NCBI GenBank assembly: GCA_002633005.1
Contig: NMRA01000250.1
Span: 470,907 to 534,906 of the forward strand
Origin: Phoronis australis
Taxonomy: Eukaryota > Animalia > Phoronida
DNA: 64,000 nt
Direction: 5' to 3'
Shown here: positions 23,501 through 34,400 of the stretch, one piece after another
Layout of the letters: every line of letters begins with the position of its first letter
Numbering within the stretch: the stretch's first letter is position 1
Translations under genes and position numbers: made by a program
The notes under the pieces: generated by a model
What the model was told of the DNA's origin: nothing
What the model saw: only the letters and a program-made list of their open reading frames with translations
Databases searched by the model: none

Positions 23501-23896
23501 TTCTATGTAGTGTGGTGACACTAGCGAACAATTCTGACATGAGTGCTTTTTTCAGAGTCCCCACCTGAGTATGATATCGCCTTGACCTGCAGTTCAGAGC
23601 CGCTACCGCCATCGTACTCTGAGGTTGACTTTGAAAACAGTGACATGAATGGGAATCGTTCGTCGTCCAATCTCTTTCCAGACTCCCCTTTCTTCAGTCT
23701 CGGCAACACGAGCCCTGGAGCAAATTCTGTATTTATCCTCGAACCAGTTGTAGAGGAGGCACAGACAATTACAGGAAAAAACAATAGTAACCAGGATGCA
23801 CCTGCTAGTAGGACTAACACACAGACAACATATTTGTGTATTCCCAGCGATGGCACTGCGTCTGATGATGATGAGCTGACAAGTGAGCGCTTATGA
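5489..23896 (+). CDS. Type I membrane protein: signal peptide, CUB, LDL-receptor class A, TM, PPxY tail (LDLRAD2/NETO/LRP12-like architecture), ~403 aa, 8 coding exons
   Basis: join(5489-5558,9641-9759,10900-11022,13166-13325,17057-17185,21931-22104,22718-22813,23556-23896); all introns GT-AG, phases compatible, 1212 nt open. Confidence 0.88.
8625..9149 (+). mobile_element. Kolobok-like (TTAA) non-autonomous DNA transposon, degraded copy
   Basis: Similar by eye to 14944-15492 and, reverse-complemented, to 39292-39811; boundaries approximate. Confidence 0.55.
9641..9759 (+). CDS. CUB-LDLa receptor coding exon 2 (CUB N-terminal part)
   Basis: (Y)GMDQNCDRDQVIRTDSAIVRSQATNKYYSHGVNCTRHFQ; cag / gtaggc. 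Confidence 0.85.
9889..9950. repeat. 16-bp tandem repeat TGACCTCTGACCCAGG, about 4 copies
   Basis: Direct reading. Confidence 0.85.
10900..11022 (+). CDS. CUB-LDLa receptor coding exon 3 (CUB middle)
   Basis: ATRQQFFIQVQSMDIYKGLYGNCTEDYLSISELRSDGSEHK with the CUB CxxDYL motif; tttttccag / gtaagt. Confidence 0.88.
11430..12951. mobile_element. Tc1/mariner-pogo-type MITE (CCGTA termini, TA target duplication), ~1.5 kb
   Basis: TA|CCGTATTCGCCATAATAACCGCCC ... GGGCGGTTATTACGGCAAATACGG|TA; homologous along its length to 35550-36910 and 43781-45162; no transposase ORF. Confidence 0.9.
13166..13325 (+). CDS. CUB-LDLa receptor coding exon 4 (CUB C-terminal part)
   Basis: LLDHVCGSHSDLPKRSFKSQGELVIHWVT...GFRMMLTSY; tttttcttaag / gtaaga. 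Confidence 0.88.
13492..14203. mobile_element. MITE-like element with ~55-bp imperfect terminal inverted repeats, enclosing the 18-bp minisatellite
   Basis: GCCAGGCTGCAAACGTGACCCAGTCTCTCAATAACTTTTTAC at 13492 versus GTAAAAAGTTCTTGAGCAACTGGGTCGCATTTGCAGCCAGGC ending at 14203. Confidence 0.7.
13707..14083. repeat. 18-bp minisatellite TTGAGTTCATATTGCATG, about 20 copies (N at 14036, so true length unknown)
   Basis: Direct reading; explains four repetitive ORFs in the track. Confidence 0.97.
14298..14416 (-). mobile_element. tRNA-derived SINE relic
   Basis: Minus strand A box TGGCCTAGTGG and B box GGTTCAAATAC; body ending AGCTCCTCAG..TCTTAA is shared with 16170-16581. Confidence 0.6.
14944..15492 (+). 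mobile_element. Kolobok-like (TTAA) non-autonomous DNA transposon
   Basis: TTAA|GGTTATGTATGACC ... GGTCCTGCATGACC|TT; family member of 39292-39811. Confidence 0.65.
16170..16581 (-). mobile_element. tRNA-derived SINE with an internally amplified 30-bp unit
   Basis: Minus strand GGCTTAGTGG (A box) ... GGTCGAGTCT (B-box-like), then repeated CACTGGGACACAGTGCTAGACCTTGAGT units, then GGGCCTTAGCTCCTCAGAGTGGTCTTAA. Confidence 0.65.
16199..16533. repeat. 30-bp minisatellite GACTCAAGGTCTAGCACTGTGTCCCAGTGT, about 11 copies
   Basis: Direct reading. Confidence 0.97.
17057..17185 (+). CDS. CUB-LDLa receptor coding exon 5 (LDLa repeat)
   Basis: CEPRSLLCPVKGWCIPQSLMCDGFPHCTDGYDEGSAYC: six Cys and the DxxDE motif; phase 1-1 exon. 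Confidence 0.92.
17441..18940 (+). mobile_element. Helentron-associated non-autonomous element (HINE/DINE-like) with internal ~145-bp repeats in a ~445-bp higher-order unit
   Basis: 5' subterminal ATGCGCCTAC pairs with 3' GTGGGCTCAT; GTCY-type microsatellite near 17485-17500; 3' hairpin CAACGCTTCGTGTTG followed by CTCTTGTT; T-rich flanks. Confidence 0.8.
19981..20692 (+). mobile_element. Second, shorter copy of the same HINE-like element
   Basis: Same ends (TTTATGCGCCAACAT ... ATGGGCACATTTCAATGCTCTGCGTTTCTCTTG) with four internal monomers. Confidence 0.8.
21931..22104 (+). CDS. CUB-LDLa receptor coding exon 6 (P/S/T stalk and transmembrane helix)
   Basis: FWFIAMLGIIVISILGAIAAVV followed by RRKH; ttctcag / gtgagt. 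Confidence 0.9.
22150..22297. mobile_element. Short GC-ended MITE (GCGGATCT/AGATCCGC-type ends)
   Basis: GCCGGATTTACG ... CGTAGATCTGCCACTG inverted ends; similar element at 42442-42573. Confidence 0.5.
22718..22813 (+). CDS. CUB-LDLa receptor coding exon 7 (cytoplasmic)
   Basis: LTSSQTDEPEDTPTYNRQESALSTGSAMNNV; ttgtag / gtaagt, phase 1-1. Confidence 0.82.
23556..23896 (+). CDS. CUB-LDLa receptor last coding exon (PPEY and LPPSY motifs)
   Basis: ESPPEYDIALTCSSEPLPPSYSEVD...ELTSERL*; acceptor tttttttcag-type tract ending at 23555. Confidence 0.88.
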
Positions 23897-24142
23897 TTTA
23901 GAGTTACGCCTAAAGATCATGCAGTTTGCTTCCATTTACTCAACAGCTGCCAACAGGGTGCTTCAAGTATCGATGCACAACACAATATTTGATGAAGGAA
24001 AAGGTCAGGTGCTGTGCAGTGCTGATTATATGTGGAAAGAAATTGCAAAATACAGTGGCTTTCATTTTATATAACATGTACGGCATCATTCTTTTCTGTG
24101 AAAAGATTTGCTACAAACCAAGAAAAATCATTTTCTGTTGTT

Positions 24143-24248
24143 AGATACCCTGTTCACTAGGTACCTAGGTTCTGTGGGATACTCTGTTCACTAGGTACCT
24201 AGGTTCTGTGGGATACTCTGTTCACTAGGTACCTAGGTTCTGTGGGAT
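24143..24248. repeat. 34-bp tandem repeat x3 containing the palindrome CTAGGTACCTAG, in the probable 3' UTR
   Basis: Direct reading. Confidence 0.9.
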
Positions 24249-26222
24249 TGCTTTACATAAGGTTCACTCTCTTATATTTGATCAGACGGCAGATCCTCCA
24301 TCTCATCTGAAAATTTGAAGCCCCCAAATCTACTGTCACTGATTTGTCAAGTGTGTACTGTGAGAAGGCTTCATTCTGATGAGGGAAGTAGTGATTAGAC
24401 TCTGTTTCTCCATGATGATCGCACATGATTGCTCAGAGTATAACACTCCGCTGTTATGCTGCGAAGAGATTCAGCTAGTGCTCGTTACGTTGAAAAAATA
24501 CTCGTAATAAGATGGACTGGATATCTTTGTGTGTTGAAGTGCTGACTTAAGCAGATGTGCTCTTTGTCTTCTGATTGAAGTGTGTAATGCTATGTCAGAT
24601 TAGAATGTAGTAGCCACAAGGTTTTGTGCCATCAGGGAATTCTGAAACAGCCCCTCCAAGATAAAGTCTTCGTTGTGCAACAAGGCTTGAAAAAGCTCCA
24701 TTGAGGCTCTTTTGGGAGCGTTTTACATGTGGGCGTCGTATCAAAATATTTTCTTGTGTTCGTAGAAGCGTTCGAAAAAATCCACCACTTTTTCATGAAG
24801 ACCTCTACCTGGGGCCTTTTTGGACTCAAAGTCACTTTAGTGAAATGGACATTGTTGAAAGAGCTGCATACTAGGAACTCATCCAGAAATTCCCTGAATC
24901 ATCCGGATGTAGAGAACTCTGTTAATTGTGTCTATTTCTTGATCCTTTTTTGTCGTATTTGTCCAGGAGCAGAAGCTCTGTGTACATTTATCAACTAAAT
25001 GTTGTTGTTCTCTTAATCCGCACTTGCTGTTGCTGATGACTAAAAGTCAAGAATTACACTTGAATCCAAGAAGACATAGTTTTATACCGTTTGCAAATAC
25101 TAAGGTGCCTTTAACCCATGCTTTGTGTCAAAAACAAATTTATGATTTCGGCCACTTGCCGTTTTAAAGCTGGCCTTGTGTTGATCATTACTCACTTAAG
25201 AAACGACCTCTGACCTGAGGAAGGGCTGTTTTGTTATTTCTTCAGACCAAATAAAACTTCAGGTCACGCTGTCACCTTCCCCTATATGCATTTGGTCTCA
25301 AGAAATAACAAGTTGAGGTTTTCAGCTACTTCCAAATCCAGATATCACACCAGTTATGATTAATTAAAATTTTGAGACCATTTCGTAAAGGTAGATGTAT
25401 ATCAAAAGTTGTAGTTTTGTCACAATTCATGGAGTTAATGCCTCTTTAAAAATGATGTGCAGTCAAATATCTAGTCAAGACCAATGAACAGTGCACTGCC
25501 GAGAGGGTTGTGCCTGTATATTATTAGAGCACCAATCCTGCCCTCTGATGAATTGTTATTCTAAAGATAGTTGATGTTTTATTAATGATGTGGACCCTTA
25601 TTGGCTTTGAATACTATTTTTCCCCAAGTCATGACGTGTCTTTTACGAGTCAATGAATAATTCTATCCAACTTTACGCAATGAATAACTGACACTTAGTT
25701 AATTTCAATAACTTCTATTGAATATTTCGTACTTGTCAGTTTCAATAAGATTTTTTAAAACCTGTATTGAAAAATTCACTCGTTTTACTATGTCACAACG
25801 TAATTCAGTGCATGCTAAATGTGCCAGGTTGCTATATTCTTTGTCTTGTGTGTCACTTGAACGTATTCAATGCTGTATTGCAGTTTGTCGGAACCTGTAA
25901 ATTGTTATCAGCTTGGTCTCCCTACATGGTTCGGGGGCTTTTGGCTGTTCTTTAATTAACAGTAAAAGTTCTCCAGTTTGGGACATTTGTGTGTCTTGGC
26001 TACAAATTTTCGATTAAGCAAATGCGGACTCTAGCTTCTTCCGAGTCCTTTCATACACTTAGAAAGACCCACTGTAACAGGTGCCTGATATTCATTGTGA
26101 AAACATAATCATTGACAAATTATGCATTTTTGTCGAGACCAGAGTTTGGAACAAATTTTGGAAGTAGGCAGTATTGACCGTCCCAAGTTTTAAGACCCGC
26201 CTACAAATGATCTTTCACGTGG

Positions 26223-26405
26223 TTGTTACACACTGTAGGCACAATGTCACACACTGTAGACACAATGTCACACACTGTAGGCACAATGTCACACACTGTA
26301 GGCACAATGTCACACACTGTAGGCACAATGTCACACACTGTAGGCACAATGTCACACACTGTAGACACAATGTTACACACTGTAGACACAATGTCACACA
26401 CTGTG
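26223..26405. repeat. 21-bp minisatellite CACACACTGTAGGCACAATGT, about 9 copies
   Basis: Direct reading. Confidence 0.95.
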
Positions 26406-27674
26406 GAGATGCATGCAAATGTGTTGGAGACTATTTTTGATGATTTTAGGAACTGATGAGTTTACTTTCAGAGTCTGGTGGTACAGAATGTAGTTTCTGA
26501 TATTTGCAAAATATGATGAATGCCAAAACTGCCCATGTCTCAAAATTCAGAATTAAGGACATCCAGTTTTTGTCTTGAATTTCATTTTTAATACTATCCC
26601 AAACTGGAGATTTTTTACTGAATAGATAATCGTATACTTATCGTATCAATTTGAAGGTTGATCTCTGTGACAATGTGAGGATGATCTTTAAAAGCTTCAA
26701 AACTTTAAAGCCTAGTACTTTCAATGTAGTCCTTTTATGAAGGTCACCCACTGGCATCTGTGAAATCAACGGCTTTGAATTCCATTTTGGGTTGAAGACC
26801 TAATATTTGAAAATCAAAGATTTTATATCAGTAGTAGTGTTAGTTTACAGAATTTGTCTTGAAATGCTCATGTAAATTATTGTGCATTCCTTGCTAGAAT
26901 ACGTGCCCTGTAGTATGCACATTGGCAATTGGAAATGTCATATATTCTAAAAAATTTCATTTTGTTTAGATGTGATGCAAGGGGCCTCTGTTGGTGCATT
27001 ATTAGTAATAGGAAATGATTATTTCACTACTTGTTGCCAGGGAAACACAGCCATTGTTGATGTTATGTTTTAGACTGTACATCTTTTTGCCTGGCATGTA
27101 TTTACTGTTCAAAGAACAATGCAATGTGACGTGAACAGGCCAGCAATGGATCACGTCTTAGCACACCATTCTCTTCCATACAGCCACAGTGTCATACATG
27201 CTATAAACAACAGTCTTGTGTCAGTCATTGTTTTTTGCACAAGACAATGAGCATATAGGTCATTGCTCATTGAAAGCGAAATGTAGAACTAGGATGCAGG
27301 CCTTTTGATGGACAGTTAATGTCAATTTCGATTGTGCTGTAGATTGCAGAAACTTAGTAACTCAGAAAATTAGACAAACAGGGACCTGTATTTTTACTAA
27401 AGGTGACATCAAAAATAGTCGCTTTTACTTGTAACCACCATGAAAGTCCATCCATTGTCAGGTTTTCTTGCACCTGCTCAACATCAGTGCTCAATAATTA
27501 TTTTTCCACTTTTTTGTAAATATCTCTACTTTTGTATTTTAAGCGATGGAATTTTGGTAGTTGGGTTGCTAGAGTTGTACCACGTTGTTAAATTCAAAAA
27601 CGTGATGTAAAAGTAAGTACAATTTTTTATGATTCTCGAGGTTGTATATCGAGGACAATTTTGATAAGGGTGTA

Positions 27675-27753
27675 AACAAATATGTGGTGTTACACTACCA
27701 ACAAATATGTGGTGTTACACTACCAACAAATATGTGGTGTTACACTACCAACA
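27675..27753. repeat. 25-bp tandem repeat x3
   Basis: AACAAATATGTGGTGTTACACTACC. Confidence 0.9.
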
Positions 27754-27949
27754 AGTTACATGAATGATTAGGATAAAAATACGAAATATAGATGGTACGC
27801 ATATTAAAAACCGAATGTTCTATGAATCTGCTCACAACTTTTTGGTTTTTAGTCTGTATACTGTTATACTAATTGTCTTCTATTCCAGTGATGAAAATTA
27901 CTCTGGATAGCAATGTAATATGCAACAAGAACTCTTCCACAAATTTGCA

Positions 27950-28405
27950 TATTTAGCCAAATATTTACAAAATTATTTTAACTCAGTAAAAGTATATATT
28001 TCCTGAAAGCAGAAAGTAGAATTTGAATGTTGACTTAATAACAATCTGTCATTCATTGGGTCACTAAAATTTAGCAAAAAAGAAATTTATAGCAAAACAA
28101 TGGTATCAAAGCATTACCAAATTTCATTTCTTGTAAGTACTCAAGATAAAATCTCAAAAACGCTGTTACAATTTTCTAAATTATAATTTTGTTTTACGCA
28201 GAATTTGATTTTTCTATGAAAATCAAAGTCCTATTTTCATAACCCTTCATGCAATAATGAATTTTTTAAAAAATAATTCCTAATAGTGTGTTGAAGAACA
28301 GTTCATTAAGCAGTTGCAGTAACCAGTTCCGTATGAATTCGGTCAGCCATTTCTGAGATGTCAACTTAGCTGAATTTGGAATTTTTTGAGTCTTAGTAAC
28401 CTTAA
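27950..28405 (-). mobile_element. Kolobok-like MITE, partial
   Basis: Collinear with 39340-39811; ends AACC|TTAA. Confidence 0.55.
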
Positions 28406-30140
28406 ATGGCCTTATCATTATTAATAGACAAATAATGAACTTTCCAGCCCAGCAAAGAATATTCATCATTGTATACTTAATTCGAACTGTCTTGAAACAA
28501 ATTACCCATTGTGTAATATGGTAAAACTTCTCCAGTTTGAAACAGTTTGTAAAATTTGGGACCCTGAAATTCAAGCAGTAATTGAATTTTCTTGATTCAT
28601 GATTTTTAAGATTGGTACATAATTAGGGGATTTTGGTATTCGTTATATTTCTTAAATATTGGAAGTCTGGGCTGCCATGAATGTACAATTTGTTTCTCGT
28701 AATTCTCGAATATGTAATGGCCAATATTACATATATTTCAAGTTCCCATCTTGAGCAAAATAATTTATTTCCATCGTCCCAAACTGGAAAACTTTTACCG
28801 TACTTTGCTACCATTCCTTCCTCTCTTTATTCTTTTTGTTTAAGAAAATGTTTACAATATTGTAAACATGGTTTGTACTTTATAGCTGTTTGAACACATC
28901 TTATTTTCACTATTTGTTGTAACAAAAAACTCAATACTTCAGAAGTGGAGAAAAAATAGTATTTTGACAATTGTTAATTTTCTGTTGAATTATATGAGGC
29001 ACTACAGATATTAATTATTTATTTGTGTCAAATGATTGTATTTGTCTAATTGTATATCAAATTTTGGAATTGGTTGTGCATTGTAATAATGGTTTTAAAT
29101 TTCAGAGGTGAATTTTTGTGAGTTAACCAATTGTTTCAGAAAATGTAAAAATCGTGTTTGATTACTTTACAAGGGAATATGGTATATTGTGCATATGTTG
29201 CTTCACGGAAAACATAAAATTCTAAATTTCAATCACAATTATATTGTTTCTTGGTACATTTAATTACTTTGAATGGACTTTACTTTCTGGTTATTTTTTA
29301 ATGTTTATTACGAAAAACACCATGCACAATAATGAGAATATATTCCAGAAAGTGCAAGAAAATATCAAGTTAATCAAAAACCTTGAACGTTATTTTCTCA
29401 CACCTAAGATATGATCTTACATCAGCAGTGCCAGTCATGACATTGTTTTAAATTGAAACAAAAATAATAGTACGCGTAGGCTAAAATCTCACCAATTTTC
29501 TCCGAGATTTAGCAAAAAAAGTCCCACTTTTCATTTTTAAATTAAGGCTTCAAACATTGTTCTGAATGCAGGCAATTTTTCAAAAAAATGATTGAAGACA
29601 GCTCTGGTAAAGAACTTGAAAATAGTGCAGCATTATTTTGTGGTACTTATTAAAAACAAGATTTCACTTGGTTTGTGAACTATTAATAGGTGAGACAACA
29701 ATGACTCACCATGAACACTTCAGTTTGTAATGTTCACTTGCTGTGCTACCCACAATCCAATTGAATTTACTACAAACCGTCAAGGAACTTTTTTAAAGTG
29801 GCAATAAACTCGCGTTTAGTCGAAGAAACTACATTTCAATTGAGACCTCTTACCGCTGTAAAATTAGTTCCAATTTGTTCCTTGCTCAGATGAGAAGATT
29901 TTTGAGTATCTTGCAAAGAGCTAAACGTTCATTATTCTGCGAGTACATGCTCGACAAATAAAACGACGCGCTTGACAAGTCAACTTGTAGTGTCTCGTCT
30001 TGAGCAGAAACTAACTGAAGGGTTCCTTCCATGCCCAGACGCAGCACAGCAATTTGAATATGGAACATTTTGAATAAGGAACACTTTGAATAAGGAACAT
30101 TTTGAAACCAATTTCATAACAGTAAACGGTATAAATAATA

Positions 30141-30951
30141 TTATACAACAATATCAGCCTCGAATGGCCAACACAACCATGTAATAACCCATTTAGTTAT
30201 CTCACTAGTGAGATAACATTTTGGTGGGAACGGAGGCCGGTTTCGAATCCGGGCCTCAAGAGTTTTGGGTCGTCGACTTTACCATTGTACCACTCAGTGG
30301 CTGACGTCATCAACCGTGAAAACAGAATAATTAAATGAGCACGTGCAACAATTGCATGTTCAACAAAGGGCATGTATCAACATTTATACCCTATGAAAAA
30401 TAAGACGCATAATTTCCATAAAAACGATATTTTAATTCAGTGACATTTATCTCACATTTTCTCTCACTTGTAAATCACTGATCTCCAATTTGAATGCGGG
30501 TATCGTGTCATCGGAATCCTTTGACTTGAGCATTATACTCATTTACCAGTGGTAACCTACTTTTGCAGACGATATTTTCCTGGGCCAAACCTTAGCTTGA
30601 TAAAATGTATAGTAAGCCATAATAGTTGCTAAACCTTTATTTTATTTTGTTTAAATTTTCAATTGGTTTTGAGTAAAAGCATTTTTTTGACAAAAATAGC
30701 TCAGCTTTTCTAAAAAGGTCACGACCTCCGACCCCGGGCCTCTGACATAGAAAGCAGTTACAAAGCCGAGGCGAGTCAAGAAAGGTAGATCGATTCATTG
30801 CAATGTTTCTTGTTCAGTATGAGGTATAAATAGATTATTACATGTTCTCAGTCGTTATCCCCCATATCTAGAGCCCTCGTGGTGATAATTCTCAAAAATC
30901 CACTCAAGCTATAGAATACAGGGGATAACGACTTCGCCACGTAATAATCTA
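30141..30951 (-). mobile_element. ~800-bp non-autonomous element with terminal hairpin, tRNA-like cassette and 22-bp palindrome (Crypton-like, class uncertain)
   Basis: Reverse-complement homologue of 37172-37962; hairpin arms 30831-30862 and 30921-30951; palindrome GTTATCTCACTAGTGAGATAAC at 30196-30217. Confidence 0.8.
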
Positions 30952-31303
30952 AATGTATTTAAGATGCAAAGTGAGTTTAAAGCCGCTTTGAATGTTCCCT
31001 TCTATCAAATCCATTATTTGTGTACAGAGAGTTGGCTTGTGACTTGTAAAACAGAACACAATAGGGAGCGATTTTTCTAAACCGAGCACATTGTAACAGT
31101 TTGAGACTAACTGTTCTCGCAGGCGGTGTCATACACCTACAGACAGTGCCGCCATCTATTGCACACAATACTCTTTTTGTTTAATACACAGAATAAACGC
31201 ATCTCTGCCCATCCAGCTATAAATGCAATTTTTCCATGTGAAGTTTTGCACTCAATAATCTCTTGACCTGCCCAGGTCACTATCGATCGTATGAATACTG
31301 GCA

Positions 31304-31413
31304 TCAAAAGGGGTCATCGTTAGCCATGTCCAAGTAGACAGCATATTCCTCCCGGTTGCAGTTGCCCTCAGGGCTGAAGACATACTTGTGAAATGTACCA
31401 TCCACACATATTG
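31304..31413 (-). CDS. WDR45: WDR45 last coding exon
   Basis: (A)[35 protein letters not shown]. Confidence 0.93.
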
Positions 31414-34400
31414 CTGCAAAGACAAAATGTGTTTTTTGCAAAGACATTATCGCCATCTTAGTCCTGTTTACAATCACACATGAGTTAACCTTCTGGGCAT
31501 TTAAGAAATTCTGAAATCAAGGTAGGGGTTAAGCCAAGCATGGACTTACATAAAGAATTTTTCATAAGTTTGGGAGGGACATTAGCCAAACGACAGATTT
31601 GAGTTATTACTCTGGTTGTGATCAGCTACTTTACAAGCACGAGCCATAAAAAAATATCAATAGACAAAGCACCGTGTGCATTTTGTATGCTGAAATTCTC
31701 TACAGACGGGTGTTACCATGGACACCAACATAAATTGCGGGTGGGCATATGACCAAACTTCAAAAAGCGATAATTTGGGGTGGCATTTAGCACAAGTACA
31801 GAACATTTTCAAGAACTGCTGACACCATTGGTAACACAACCAAAAGCTCAACACAAAAGTCTTTTATTTTTTTAATTCAGTGTATTGTAGAACGTCATGA
31901 AACAGTCATATTTTCCCAACCCCTACTGCACCCCTTGCGTGATTCCATTAATGTGTATACCTATCACAGACTTCTGCTGTCCAAACGCACAGATACAAGC
32001 GCACTCGGCAGGCACAGTGAAGCTAGCCAGTCCCCACTGTGACTCCACGTAGGGTCCCAGGAAACCCATCTTCTTGAACCTGAAATTAATGACACAGATG
32101 TCCAAAACTATAAAACACCTAACTAGGAGCTCGAGTCTGCACATAGCATTACTGAGGAATACTACAAGACAGTATCAGAATATTCAACACAATCTCTTTT
32201 TAATATCCTCTCCCACTCAATACATCCATTTCCATATGACATGTTATGTAAGACCTTATTTACAGGTGTGCATGTTTAGCCAAATATTCACAAAGCAACA
32301 CAGTAAAAGAATACCTTTTCTGAAAGTAGAAAGTCTGTACAATTTTATTTTTGATTTTTTACCAATTTGTAATCAACTAAGTCATGTGACCATGTCCTTT
32401 TAGAAAAATTTAGCAAAAATAAGAAATAAATTAAAGTACATTGTCTTGATTTCTAAATAGCTAAACAACGGTATCAAAAATATGACTAAATTTTATTTGA
32501 TATAAATGTTCTAGGTGAGATCTCAAAAATGCTCTATACAGTTTTGTAAAATATCATTTCATATTCATTTTATGAAACCGTTTTAATTTTTTCATGAAAA
32601 CCACAAACGTCCCAGTTTTTGATAGTCCCTCAAGCAAACGTGGAACATTTCAAAAAAACAGTGTAGAAAGCAGGGTATCTGATAATTTCATCCGGATCCA
32701 ATCATCCGAATCTGATGTTCCAAATTAGCCAAACTTGGACATTTTTTAGGGTCCTACATACCTTAAGAAATATATAATCAAGTGACCATATAGACAACCA
32801 CCAGCAAACACTTAATCAGATAGGTTTCATGTCGCAAACCAGCATCAATGAACCAAATGTCAAGAATTTTAAACAAAGACTATACCCAACGTCAATAACT
32901 ACGTCTGCAGTTAATTAAAAAGCAAAGTAACCAGTTTTTATGTTATGTTTAGTGAAATGCAGATCCTTGGATATCTTCAATTTACCTTTTCCATGTTCAT
33001 TACTAATTCCCTGGTTTTACTATCTATGAAACAACAGAAAGCAAACAGCCCAGCATGCAAAGACCCTCCATCTTGGTTCTCCATTCACTTTCATTGAGGA
33101 AACATGATGTCCCACTCTTTATTCAACACAGTGCGCACAGGTCTTGCGTGTTCCCTCAATGAGAATGGCTGCAGAATCAAGATGTAAACCCTTTGTCACG
33201 CCGCTTACATCACTTTTGTTTGTTTCACAGACAGTAATTACACAACAGCAATCAATCAACATGGGAAAATGTCCCCTACAAGATAACCAGGGATCTGCAA
33301 TCAACATTGGAAAATGTCCCCTACAAGATAACTAGAGATCTTCAATCAACATTGGAAAATGTCCCCTAAAAGATAACCAGGGATCTGCAATCAACATTGG
33401 AAAATGTCCCCTACAAGATAACCAGGGATCTTCAATCAACTTTGGAAAATGTCCCCTAAAAGATAACCAGGGATCTTCAATCAACATTGGAAAATGTCCC
33501 CTACAAGATAACCAGGGATCTGCAATTTTACTGATAGGTACCATCAAAAATGGTTTTCTCTTCAACAGGCGAGTGGCAATCTACACTTCAGCCAAGATGT
33601 TTTCTACACAAATTTGACAATCAACATTACCCACCAACCTAAATGTATTACAAATAAAAATCCCTCAATTCGATGGGGAAAACTGAACCTAGGAATTTGC
33701 ACTGTATGTTGATCAAGTTGGAAGAATCACCCGTGAGCAATTAACAAATGTCGAGCTGAAAGAATCAAATGAATTAAGAACTTAATAAGTTTTTGACAGG
33801 TTGAGTCAGCATTGTTCATAACAGCATCTAAATAATTACTCAATGGATATAGAAGAATTGCTAGATTTTTAGACACACCAGTGCAATTTAGTTCTAGTTT
33901 AAATCTGGAGATGTGACCATGACATAGTTATCGCTGTGGCTTTTTTAAGTTCTTTCAGAAAGTGTCTGCCATCAAAATTCTTGTAGTCCAAAACAACATG
34001 CATCAATTATCTTCGGGTGAACCAAACAAAGCATGAGTGACGCCAATATAGGTCTCTTGGCAACAGTCACTTACAGCTGTCCTAGATTTTGAGAACCAGT
34101 TTAATGCCTGTAATTCAGTGGAGAAAAACTGTGACTATTACCCAAGCAGTCTCTTTACTTACGATGATGTCTTATTCAAGTTTGCATTTTGTATGGCAAA
34201 AATGTGGACAGTTCCCTTGTCGCTGGAGGAGCAGAGAAATTCTGAGTTTGGGCTGAAGTTGAGGCTGTGAAATAACAAGAAGGAAACAAAATTAGACACA
34301 ACTGTTGGGAATGTCGAGGAAGTCCTTTCAAGAGTAATCTCTAAACGTCACTAACACTTACTTAACACAAAGCATTTGACGAATGCTCCCAAACTAATAC

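Noticed and set aside
24375-26470. Hammerhead ribozyme cores at CTGATGA words (e.g. 24377, 25545, 26453; minus strand near 7430, 8093, 54034)
   Set aside because: No stem II followed by GAAA with a closing stem could be built by eye.
30222-30301. Functional tRNA gene (also 37801-37881, 38782-38862, 14341-14416)
   Set aside because: A and B boxes are present but acceptor and anticodon stems do not pair properly, and all lie within repeats.
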